Source: Deltaproteobacteria bacterium (GTDB lineage: Bacteria > Bdellovibrionota > FAC87 > UBA2466). Taken from it: a DNA stretch of 61,437 nt. The notes beneath the pieces are model-generated. The model worked only from the letters and a program-made list of their open reading frames with translations, was not told the origin of the DNA and searched no databases. Where the stretch lies: assembly GCA_016875135.1 (NCBI GenBank), contig VGSE01000001.1, forward strand, positions 1 through 61,437, given 5' to 3'. This document shows positions 38,675 through 47,379 of the stretch, piece by piece (the stretch's first letter is position 1; each line of letters opens with the position of its first letter). The translations under genes were made by a program, and so were the position numbers.

Positions 38675-40426
38675 CTACTTGATTAACCTCAAAGCCGCCT
38701 CAGCCGTCAATGGCTTTCCAGTAAAAGCCTGAGTCAGCGTCAAATAATCAAATTCAAGCCCCGGAGCAAAGTATTTTACCCTCAGTTTGTCTCCTATTTT
38801 GCTGGCATTGTAAGAGGTCTTAAACTCCTTCACAATCGAATCATAAATCTGCTCGACCATGAGAATACCTATCGCATAGTTCTGAACGTAAATCGGTGCC
38901 ATGAGAAAATGCTCCACGTCCCAGTCAGCATGCTCTACCGGCACCTCTACCCCCCAATACTCTTGATGCATTTTGGACCACAGGGTCGCATAGTCCTGTT
39001 CGGGATTGAGATAGACCTCATGTTCAAAATCACTGAAAAACACCTGTCTCAAAAGAACAAAAGCTTGCTCAAGTTGCGCGGCTTTTGCCTGTTTCTTTAA
39101 AATCGGCTTCAACTTACTTGTAGAAACCCCAGTGAACTCCGGTAACACGGCCTCTAAAAACTCACTAGAATCGGACATTCGCTCAAGCGTCATGGCGATG
39201 GCTTCAGTCTCAACCGAACCAAAACCTCTTAAAATACCTACAGGCTGTCGAATTTCTCCAAAATGGATCGCATGACCCAATTCGTGAATCACCGTACCCG
39301 TATCTTCCCATTTAACGGGTTGTTTTAGATTCGCCAGGAATCGAATGTCGGCTTTTGGTTCAGCTAACAGCTTCCCCTGAGCATCCACATGAGGAGCCAC
39401 TACACCCATCGCAAAAGCATGGGTATTTTTCCCGGGTCTGGGATAGAGGTCCATAGTGAATTGATAACTGTCGATATTAATTCCTAACTTCGAGAAAAAT
39501 TTTCGAGCCATGTCCAAGACAGCAGTCTCTGGAACTTTTTGTAAAAAGTTATTCACTTCACCTGAGGCATATTTTTCTCTGAGGTAACCCATGTCCCAAG
39601 CCTCTACTTTATCAATTTTGAACTGCTTACCTAGCTTAGCTAGCGCTTGTCTTACTTTAGGGGCAAGCTTGGTTTTAATTTCTTGAACTTGACTACGATA
39701 ATTTTTGTAATCATGTTGATTTCTAAAAAAACGGTACTCGTAATAGTTTTTAAACCCTGCGAGTTGCCCCTCCTCATTGCGAGCCTTGATCAGCTCTTTA
39801 AATCCCAACTCGGTCCACTTTTTAGCTCGGGCTGAATTGTATTTTTGATAAAGCTCCTGCCTTGCTTTTCTATCCTCTAAACTTCTCAATTTTTTGCCAT
39901 AGAGAGCTTTAGAAACTGGTTCCTTCTCCCCAGTAATTTCGAGTCGAAAACCGTTACTTTGATTCATCATCGCATCTTGGCGATCTTGATTTTCTTTTTC
40001 TTTTTGGATCACTTTCGGATCGGTCAGAATAGTGGTTTCGAGGAGCTGTTTAGCGCGGACCAATTTTACATAATTAGGACATTCCTTAGCTGTGAGAACC
40101 GAAGCCGTCGATACGAGACCTTTGGTTCTGTTCAAAATTTCTGCATTGTAGGAAATAGCTTGTAGGGCTTCAAACAACTTTGAAAGATTTTCCTGCGAGG
40201 CCTGCGGATCTGCGGTCTCTACTCTCCACTGCTCAATCTGATACTCTCGACTCGCTTGATCCACTTCATTTTGGTACTTTTCAAGTTCAGTTTCTAAAAA
40301 GCTGGTGACTCCAATGCAAATAATCTCGCCAGTTTCTTCGGCACTATAGGCTCTAACTTGCTCGACCTCTTTGCCAGTGCACGCAAAAATCAAAGGAAGC
40401 AACAAGAACCAGCTAAAATGTTTCAT
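38675..40426 (-). CDS. M3-like zinc metallopeptidase lipoprotein (oligoendopeptidase F-like)
   Basis: The signal peptide has an IFAC lipobox. The HELGHAIH zinc motif has a downstream Glu (VETEAIA). Confidence 0.7.
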   Translation of the reverse strand: MKHFSWFLLLPLIFACTGKEVEQVRAYSAEETGEIICIGVTSFLETELEKYQNEVDQASREYQIEQWRVETADPQASQENLSKLFEALQAISYNAEILNRTKGLVSTASVLTAKECPNYVKLVRAKQLLETTILTDPKVIQKEKENQDRQDAMMNQSNGFRLEITGEKEPVSKALYGKKLRSLEDRKARQELYQKYNSARAKKWTELGFKELIKARNEEGQLAGFKNYYEYRFFRNQHDYKNYRSQVQEIKTKLAPKVRQALAKLGKQFKIDKVEAWDMGYLREKYASGEVNNFLQKVPETAVLDMARKFFSKLGINIDSYQFTMDLYPRPGKNTHAFAMGVVAPHVDAQGKLLAEPKADIRFLANLKQPVKWEDTGTVIHELGHAIHFGEIRQPVGILRGFGSVETEAIAMTLERMSDSSEFLEAVLPEFTGVSTSKLKPILKKQAKAAQLEQAFVLLRQVFFSDFEHEVYLNPEQDYATLWSKMHQEYWGVEVPVEHADWDVEHFLMAPIYVQNYAIGILMVEQIYDSIVKEFKTSYNASKIGDKLRVKYFAPGLEFDYLTLTQAFTGKPLTAEAALRLIK

Positions 40427-40452
40427 TTTTTGATCCCCTAGGTTTTTTAAGT

Positions 40453-42078
40453 TCAGGCCATAAATGGATAACGATAGTTTTTTGGAGGCGCAAACGTTTC
40501 AGACACCGTTCGAACCGATACCCATCTTAAAAGATTCAGCAAACTACCCGCTTTGTCATTAGTTCCTGAGCCTCTAGCTCCTCCGAAGGGCTGCTGCCCC
40601 ACAACGGCTCCGGTTGGTTTGTTATTAATATAAAAATTTCCAGCGCTCTGATGAAGGATTCTAAGAGCTGTGTCGATGGCCTTTCTGTCTTGCGCCCAAA
40701 TACAACCTGTCAAAGCATAGGGTGATGTGGCATCACAAAGCCTCAATGTCTCCTCGTATTTATCATCATCATAGGCGTAAACTGTAAGCACCGGTCCAAA
40801 GATCTCCTCACACATCGTCTGATAAGCGGGGTTTTTAGTTTCAATAATCGTGGGCTCGACAAAATAGCCCTCTTCATCTCGGCAGTTTCCACCCACAATA
40901 ACTTCGGCTTCTGAGCTGTTTTTGACACCCTCAATATATCTTCGAATGTTATCGAACGATTTCTTGTCGATCACAGCACCCATAAAATTCCTAAAATCAG
41001 CAACGTCTCCCATTTTGATTGTTTTAACTTCGGCTATAATTCGCTCTTTAACCTCTTTCCATAGGCTTTTGGGAATGTAGGCCCTCGAGGCGGCAGAACA
41101 TTTTTGCCCCTGATATTCAAAGGCACCCCTTATCGTATTAGCGACAAGTCCTTCAACATCCGCTGAAGGGTGAGCAAACACAAAATCTTTTCCACCAGTT
41201 TCACCCACAATTCTAGGGTAGCTTCTATAATGATGGATCTGATTTCCAATATTTTTCCACATATCTTGGAAAACTCCGGTGCTTCCGGTGAAGTGAACTC
41301 CCGCTAAATTGGGGTCCTTGAGGCAAAGATCGCCCACGGCAGCTCCACTTCCAGGAACAAATTGAATCACTCCAGGGGGTAGACCCGCCTCTTCAAGAAG
41401 CTTCATAATAAAGTGGCCCGAGTAAACTGCAGTTGATGCCGGTTTCCAAACAACAACATTCCCAAGAAGAGCGGCTGATGTGGTCAAGTTTCCCGCAATC
41501 GCTGTGAAGTTAAAAGGGGTCACGGCAAACACGAATCCCTCAAGCGGACGATACTCCATATGGTTCCACATTCCAGGCCCTGAGAGGGGCTGCATAGAGT
41601 ACATTTGTTCTTGGAAGTAACAATTAAACCTTAGAAAATCGATCATTTCACAAGCAGAATCAATTTCAGCTTGGTAACAGGTTTTACTTTGTCCCAACAT
41701 CGTCGCAGCGTTCAAAATAGGCCGATATTTCGTCGATAAAAGCTCAGCCGCTTTAAGAAAAATGGCAGCTCTGGAGCTAGCAGGCATCGCAGCCCAGTCT
41801 TTTGCCACTGCCATAGCACCTTGAATAGCCGATCTCACTTCCTCAGGTCCCGCTTTGTGATAGAGCCCCAACTTGTGTTGGTGTTTATGGGGTTGAGTAA
41901 TAGCATCAGTTTTTCCTGTTCTCACCGCCTTCCCATTGATAACAGGAGAAACTTCTGTCTCAACTCCACTCAAGCTTGAAAGTGCCTTCTTCAACTCTTT
42001 CGTTTCATTAGACTCAGGCGTGTAATTGAGCACCGGCTCATTTTTGGGAACAGAAATTTGAGAATTACAGTTATTCAT
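40453..42078 (-). CDS. pruA: 1-pyrroline-5-carboxylate (L-glutamate gamma-semialdehyde) dehydrogenase
   Basis: ALDH superfamily with catalytic Glu in VGETGGKDF and catalytic Cys in FEYQGQKCSAASR. The ATG at 42078 is preceded by AAGGGAG and is preferred over 42108. Confidence 0.87.
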   Translation of the reverse strand: MNNCNSQISVPKNEPVLNYTPESNETKELKKALSSLSGVETEVSPVINGKAVRTGKTDAITQPHKHQHKLGLYHKAGPEEVRSAIQGAMAVAKDWAAMPASSRAAIFLKAAELLSTKYRPILNAATMLGQSKTCYQAEIDSACEMIDFLRFNCYFQEQMYSMQPLSGPGMWNHMEYRPLEGFVFAVTPFNFTAIAGNLTTSAALLGNVVVWKPASTAVYSGHFIMKLLEEAGLPPGVIQFVPGSGAAVGDLCLKDPNLAGVHFTGSTGVFQDMWKNIGNQIHHYRSYPRIVGETGGKDFVFAHPSADVEGLVANTIRGAFEYQGQKCSAASRAYIPKSLWKEVKERIIAEVKTIKMGDVADFRNFMGAVIDKKSFDNIRRYIEGVKNSSEAEVIVGGNCRDEEGYFVEPTIIETKNPAYQTMCEEIFGPVLTVYAYDDDKYEETLRLCDATSPYALTGCIWAQDRKAIDTALRILHQSAGNFYINNKPTGAVVGQQPFGGARGSGTNDKAGSLLNLLRWVSVRTVSETFAPPKNYRYPFMA

Positions 42079-42147
42079 AATCACTCCCTTATTACCCTTG
42101 AATAACACAGCTGTTAAAGCAGTGACAACCCAAGGATCTCAGAGAAC

Positions 42148-42181
42148 AAAAAAAAAGCGTGGGCTCAGAGCGAGCCCACGC
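42148..42181 (-). terminator. Rho-independent terminator downstream of the small basic protein gene
   Basis: Perfect 10-bp GC-rich stem GCGTGGGCTC (42157-42166) / GAGCCCACGC (42172-42181) with a 5-nt loop. On the minus strand it is followed by T9 (42148-42156). Confidence 0.85.
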
Positions 42182-42195
42182 CCAATCAATTCTTC

Positions 42196-42441
42196 TTATT
42201 TTTTCTTTTTCTTTCTACCACGTCGGGAAAGCTTAGCTTTAGAAACATCCCCTTGTTTATCGATGAAATACAAAAATCCTTCTTCTCTTTTAACTCCAAC
42301 CTTTTCCACCATTTGGGGCTTCGCTCGAGAAGGTTTTCTTCCTCTGCCCATTTTAGCTCTTGAGACATTGCCTTTTTTATCTAAATAATAAAGCCATCCC
42401 TCTTCTTTTTTGACTCCAACTTTTGCGACTTTGGTTGCCAT
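42196..42441 (-). CDS. Small, highly basic protein made of two tandem ~37-aa repeats
   Basis: 81 aa. KVGVKKEEGWLYYLDKKGNVSRAKMGRGRKP is followed by KVGVKREEGFLYFIDKQGDVSKAKLSRRGRKKKKK. The SD is GGGAGGA, and a strong terminator follows. Confidence 0.65.
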   Translation of the reverse strand: MATKVAKVGVKKEEGWLYYLDKKGNVSRAKMGRGRKPSRAKPQMVEKVGVKREEGFLYFIDKQGDVSKAKLSRRGRKKKKK

Positions 42442-42521
42442 GATTCCTCCCTAAGGTTTCACTAATTCAATCGTCTAAAATATCGACGTGACTTCAAATT
42501 TTATCTCGAGAAGGTTTTTTT

Positions 42522-43307
42522 TCAAGTCGAAAAATGCCATACAGGCAAATCCCAACGAGAGTTTGAGTGCGTCACAGCCCCATCGAGATTTCCCACGCAG
42601 GCCGACAAAGCTAAACGACTTAATGAAGCCTCGTGCCACATTTTGTTGATTTTTAATAGAGAGGATAAAGAACCCAATTTACCCACCTCAGGGGCTCGCC
42701 CCACCAAACGTCGTATAAATAATATTTCGTCTTCTAGATACTGACTCTGATCAGGCGCTGTATAAAGAGTGATTCCCCAAGTCACTAATTCTTGTGGAAG
42801 CTCTACCAATTTTCCCCAGGTAGAAAAAAAAAGCATTGGATCCAACTTCTCGATTGGCATAGGCCCTAATTCGCTCCTGACAACCTTCAAAAGCTCATCA
42901 GCTTTTAACGGATTCTCCCAACACCCTTTGAGAAAATTAGACCTCTTCTCAGGCTCAAGTTTTTTGGGGGAATTCCGCTCTATCCAGTCAAGCTCTTCCT
43001 CAGGAGGAAGCCGATTAAGACCGACACAATCAGCTCTAAGAAAAAGGGTAAAGGGAATTTTCTTGTCGATTAATAAAGGAACCGCCCGAAGTAGAACACT
43101 TTTTCTGGGATTTCTAAAAACAATGGCTGCCGTGCCCAAGTTTTTTTTATTTTGCAGGGAAGTTCCTATTTCGGATAGCCCAACAAACTTATAATAACGC
43201 CCAACCTCTTCGACCTGTTCCTGAAAAGTACCAACCAAACTCTCTTCTAAATGGTCGTACTCAAGAATGAGTGAATTTTTTTCTCGAAACCAATTAGGCC
43301 ATCTCAT
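42522..43307 (-). CDS. Hypothetical protein, possibly a degenerate NodB/polysaccharide-deacetylase-like fold; last gene of the hem operon
   Basis: 261 aa with an ATGA overlap with the hemN stop. The layout LILEYDH ... FVGLSEI ... AAIVFRNP ... IPFTLFL resembles deacetylases, but the TFDDG motif is replaced by VFRNP. Confidence 0.5.
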   Translation of the reverse strand: MRWPNWFREKNSLILEYDHLEESLVGTFQEQVEEVGRYYKFVGLSEIGTSLQNKKNLGTAAIVFRNPRKSVLLRAVPLLIDKKIPFTLFLRADCVGLNRLPPEEELDWIERNSPKKLEPEKRSNFLKGCWENPLKADELLKVVRSELGPMPIEKLDPMLFFSTWGKLVELPQELVTWGITLYTAPDQSQYLEDEILFIRRLVGRAPEVGKLGSLSSLLKINKMWHEASLSRLALSACVGNLDGAVTHSNSRWDLPVWHFST

Positions 43308-44668
43308 AATGTTTTAGAGTAAGTAGCTTGTGTCGGTAGAGCTAAATAGGCATCGAAAATCATAGCAACGTTTCTAATAAAAAGGCGTCCAAGGTCAGAG
43401 ATGAGAATGGCTTGGGAGTCACAGGTCAAAATCCCCTCTTTTTGAAACTCGCTTAATAAACTTAATTCTTTCGAAAACTCTTTTCCAAAATCTTTGTGAA
43501 ATAAAACTTGATAATCCTTAAATCTCAAAACAAATTTACACATGAGTTGCTGGATAATCCACTTTCGCTCCGTGTCTTCTTGACTTAAAAGACATCCCCG
43601 AAAAGCAGCCAATCCTGTTTGGCTTACACTATCTTCGTACGGTTTGGTTTCTCGGATATTCTGAAAATAACTTCCACCAATCTCTCCTATAGCCGAAGCT
43701 CCGATTCCAATCATCCCAGCCCCTCGCTTTACGGTATACCCCATAAAGTTACGATAAAGTTTTTCTTTTCCTATGGCTAAGAAAAGCTCGTCAGTCTCAA
43801 GCGCAAAATGATCCATCCCAATCGAGCGATATCCGTGTTGGGTAAACTCGGTGTAACCGTCTGTAAAAATAGCAAGCCTCTCTTCGGAGTCAGGCCTAGG
43901 ATGTTTATCCATAATTTTTTGATGTGGCCGCAATGAGGGAAGATGGGCGTAATTGTAAAGAGCTATTCTATCGGGTCTTAAAGCAATGACTTCTTTTAAC
44001 GTCTTTTTAAATGTTTCTACCGTTTGTAACGGCAGACCGTATATCAAGTCGAAATTGATTCCACTAAAACCTAAAGAACGACAAAACTTAAGCATTTCGT
44101 CGGTTAATTGAATCGATTGAATTCGATTGATAACTTTTTGCACTTCAGTATTAAAATCCTGAACTCCTAAACTAACTCTGTTAAAACCTAAGTCTCTGAG
44201 TGTTTTTAATTGTTCCCGTGTTGTCACCCTCGGATCGATTTCAATACTAACTTCAGCCCCTGGGGCGAGATCAAATGCTTGAAGGGTTGCCAAATGTAAT
44301 TGTTTTATTTCATCGCAATTAAAAAAAGTGGGGGTTCCCCCGCCCCAACTGATCTGAGACAAGGTTTGTCGAGTTCCAATCGTTTCTACAGCCGTTTGAA
44401 TCTCTCGAATTAGGGCATCAAGATAAATGCGGCTTCTTGAGTGATCTTTTGTAATTTGAATATTGCAACCACAATAATAACAAAGGGCCTCACAAAACGG
44501 TATGTGAACATACAAAGCGATGGGCTCCGTTTTACCCGTAAAACTCTTCTTTAACTGTTCGCGGTAGGAATCGACCTTAAAAGTCTCTACCCACTGAGGA
44601 GCCGTGGGATAGGAAGTATATCTAGGACCCGAAGTCGAATATTTTTTTATAAGTTCCTTTAGATCCAT
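43304..44668 (-). CDS. hemN: Oxygen-independent coproporphyrinogen III oxidase (radical SAM)
   Basis: HIPFCEALCYYCGCN is the CxxxCxxC motif. GGGTP is present and the length is 454 aa. Confidence 0.9.
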   Translation of the reverse strand: MDLKELIKKYSTSGPRYTSYPTAPQWVETFKVDSYREQLKKSFTGKTEPIALYVHIPFCEALCYYCGCNIQITKDHSRSRIYLDALIREIQTAVETIGTRQTLSQISWGGGTPTFFNCDEIKQLHLATLQAFDLAPGAEVSIEIDPRVTTREQLKTLRDLGFNRVSLGVQDFNTEVQKVINRIQSIQLTDEMLKFCRSLGFSGINFDLIYGLPLQTVETFKKTLKEVIALRPDRIALYNYAHLPSLRPHQKIMDKHPRPDSEERLAIFTDGYTEFTQHGYRSIGMDHFALETDELFLAIGKEKLYRNFMGYTVKRGAGMIGIGASAIGEIGGSYFQNIRETKPYEDSVSQTGLAAFRGCLLSQEDTERKWIIQQLMCKFVLRFKDYQVLFHKDFGKEFSKELSLLSEFQKEGILTCDSQAILISDLGRLFIRNVAMIFDAYLALPTQATYSKTL

Positions 44669-45702
44669 AACGTTCTAGCCTCCTCGACGAAAGCTTTGGC
44701 GTTGGCCACAGGAGTTCCAGGAAGAATTCCATGCCCCAAATTCATGATAACAGGTCGACTCAAGTGACGAGCCTCTTCAACTAAAGCCCGAGTCTTCAAG
44801 CGGACTTGTCCTTCGCTGCTCTTTAACAAAAGTACCGGGTCCAAATTACCTTGAAGAAACACTCCTTGCGGCAAAAGCCTATCCCAATCACTTAGAGATA
44901 GAACCTCATCGACGCTAAAACCGGCCACCGGCATTTTTTGAAACGAACCTGCTAGATGACTTGAATGCTTTGTAAAATAGATAGCGGGAATGCCTTTAGC
45001 TTTAAGTGAAGAAAAAATAGTTTGAAGAATATTTAGATAAAACCCATCGAAAAACCATTTAGGCATGTGGCCTATCCAAGTATCAAACAGTTGAACCACA
45101 TGAGCTCCTGATCGGTGCTGCCACTCTAAATATCTTAGAGTCGCTTCCCCCAGACGCTCTAAACATTTCGATAGTTCCTTAGGGTTAGCATGCATCCAAC
45201 TCTTAATCGATTCAAAATTTCGATTCGCTTTCCCCTCAATTAAGTAGGACCCTACAGTCCAAGGAGCTCCCGCAAATCCAAGCAAAGCCATCTCTTTTGG
45301 AATCTGCGCCGCAATAATCCCCAGGGCTTTCCCAACAAAGTGCGTGTGCGTCTCAGGATTGAAATCCTTGAAAACTTCAAATTGCGCGGCCGTTCTTAAG
45401 GGTTCTTCGGTCACGGGCCCAACCGATTCTTTCATCGTAATGGGAAGCCCCAAACCATAGGGAAGAGTTAAAATATCAGAAAAAAAGATAATCCCATCCA
45501 CCGGTAATTCAGCCATGGGAAGTAAACTCACTTGGGCCGCCACTTCAGGTTGAGTGGCCATTTCCCAAAAAGAATATTTCTCCCGGAGAGCACGGTAACT
45601 CGCAAGATATCTTCCCGCTTGCCTCATCATCCAAACAGGAAATCTACCTATAGGTTCCCCTTCAATATGCTTAACTAAGCAAGGTTTATTTAAAGATTTC
45701 AT
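44659..45702 (-). CDS. hemE: Uroporphyrinogen decarboxylase
   Basis: N-terminal PVWMMRQAGRYL motif, 347 aa. Confidence 0.9.
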   Translation of the reverse strand: MKSLNKPCLVKHIEGEPIGRFPVWMMRQAGRYLASYRALREKYSFWEMATQPEVAAQVSLLPMAELPVDGIIFFSDILTLPYGLGLPITMKESVGPVTEEPLRTAAQFEVFKDFNPETHTHFVGKALGIIAAQIPKEMALLGFAGAPWTVGSYLIEGKANRNFESIKSWMHANPKELSKCLERLGEATLRYLEWQHRSGAHVVQLFDTWIGHMPKWFFDGFYLNILQTIFSSLKAKGIPAIYFTKHSSHLAGSFQKMPVAGFSVDEVLSLSDWDRLLPQGVFLQGNLDPVLLLKSSEGQVRLKTRALVEEARHLSRPVIMNLGHGILPGTPVANAKAFVEEARTLWI

Positions 45703-46400
45703 GAGTCACCCTTTTTGGTAAACTTGTAGCCTGCGCCTCGAATGGAATGAAAATATTTAGGTGCCCCTGGGTTATCAAAATATTTTCTTAGTCGGACAAT
45801 AAAATTATCGACGGTTCTCGATGAGGGGAAGACATCGTAGCCCCACACACGGTCAAGAATTTCATCTCTTGTAACCACTTGATTTTCTTTTTCCACCAAT
45901 AGCTTCATGAGCATACATTCTTTTTGGCTCAGGGAAAAAACTTTGTTTCCTTTACACCCTTTAAATTTGATGAAATCGACGAAACAATCACCCCATTCAA
46001 ACACGGATAGATTCGAAGGCAACGAAGAGTACCAAGATCGCCGTTTGAGCATTCCTTCAACGCGCAGAAGAAGTTCCTCCATCTCAAAGGGCTTCGTCAG
46101 ATAATCATCAGCTCCCGCTTTCAATCCCTCGATCCTGTCATTGGGTTCGGAAAGAGCGGATAAGATTAAAATCGGTAACGTGGGCTGTTTGCGTTTTATC
46201 GAAGCACAAAAATCTAATCCAGTGATCTCCCCGGAGAGCATGATATCCACAATATAAAGGTCAAACAGCCCATCGGAATCTAGACGAACACCCTCCGCCT
46301 GCTCGAACGAATCAACCCTATAACCTTTTTGAATCAATTTTTCTGAAACCAACTCACGAATGGTCGGATCATCTTCAATCAAGCAAATCCGATCAGCCAC
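45699..46400 (-). CDS. OmpR-family response regulator embedded in the hem operon
   Basis: The receiver domain has IEDD, IVDIML and TKPF. The winged-helix C-terminus has IRGAGYKF. It overlaps both neighbours. Confidence 0.88.
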   Translation of the reverse strand: MADRICLIEDDPTIRELVSEKLIQKGYRVDSFEQAEGVRLDSDGLFDLYIVDIMLSGEITGLDFCASIKRKQPTLPILILSALSEPNDRIEGLKAGADDYLTKPFEMEELLLRVEGMLKRRSWYSSLPSNLSVFEWGDCFVDFIKFKGCKGNKVFSLSQKECMLMKLLVEKENQVVTRDEILDRVWGYDVFPSSRTVDNFIVRLRKYFDNPGAPKYFHSIRGAGYKFTKKGDS

Positions 46401-47379
46401 TTTTTGCCTCCAACTTCGGCAATTTCAAATCAAACTTCGATCCTTGCCCCCCTTTTGAGAAGCTCAACACTAAAGAACCATTGTGTGTTTCTGCGATGTG
46501 TTTTGCCAAATATAAACCCAACCCAGTACCAGGCACCTTTCGACTAGTTTTTGTTCGATAAAATTTCTCAAAGATTTTTTCTCTATCAACTTCAGAAATT
46601 CCAGGACCATTATCCGAAACACTCAACCTGACCGATGAGTCCTCCTCGTATAACTCTATTCTAAGCTCTTTTTCAGTCTTTTCGTTGTATAGAACTGCGT
46701 TTTCCAGAAGACTTTGAACTGTGTTTTGCAAACCAAAAAGATCTCCTTTGATCCATCCTTGAGATTCCAAGGAACATTGCACCACCACCTGTTTTTGCCG
46801 AAATAGAGGTTCCATTCGCCTGACAACCTCTTTCACTACTTCAGAGAAAGAGAGCTCCTCAAACCTAAACGCATAGCTTTCCATTCGGTTTAGAATTAAA
46901 GCCTTCTCAAAAACTGAACCGATTCGACGAACCTCCTCAAGTGACAACGAAAGTTCTTTCGCAAGCTGGGTTTCTCCCCCTTTTTTCTCTAGAACCGATT
47001 CCAATCTTAGTTTCAAAGCCGTTAACGGGGTTTTAGACTCATGAGACATGGTCTCAATAAACTGCTTTTGAAGATCTCTAGCCTTTTCCTGCAGTTTTAA
47101 CGCTCGAAAAAGCAAATAAAGCCCGAAAGCCGTCAGCCCTGCGAAAACAAATGTTTCTGAATAAAACATTAATTTTTTTCGATAAGAGGCTTCAGCTATG
47201 GATTCTTTCACTCCCGGCTGCTCTAAAACACCTCTTAATGATGCATTTTCTATTCTTAGTACAGCGATGGTGTTTACACTGGTTGAAAAAACATCAAGCC
47301 ACCATGCGACCTGTGTCAGCATCAGAATAGAAACAGCAACAAATAACTTTGCCCATCTTTTTTGTACTAGAGTCGACAT
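46393..47379 (-). CDS. Sensor histidine kinase with minimal (2-TM, ~40-aa loop) input region, embedded in the hem operon
   Basis: H-box SHESKTPLTAL, N box LLENAVLYN, G boxes DNGPGI and GTGLGLYLA. I see no PAS or HAMP domain. Confidence 0.85.
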   Translation of the reverse strand: MSTLVQKRWAKLFVAVSILMLTQVAWWLDVFSTSVNTIAVLRIENASLRGVLEQPGVKESIAEASYRKKLMFYSETFVFAGLTAFGLYLLFRALKLQEKARDLQKQFIETMSHESKTPLTALKLRLESVLEKKGGETQLAKELSLSLEEVRRIGSVFEKALILNRMESYAFRFEELSFSEVVKEVVRRMEPLFRQKQVVVQCSLESQGWIKGDLFGLQNTVQSLLENAVLYNEKTEKELRIELYEEDSSVRLSVSDNGPGISEVDREKIFEKFYRTKTSRKVPGTGLGLYLAKHIAETHNGSLVLSFSKGGQGSKFDLKLPKLEAKSG

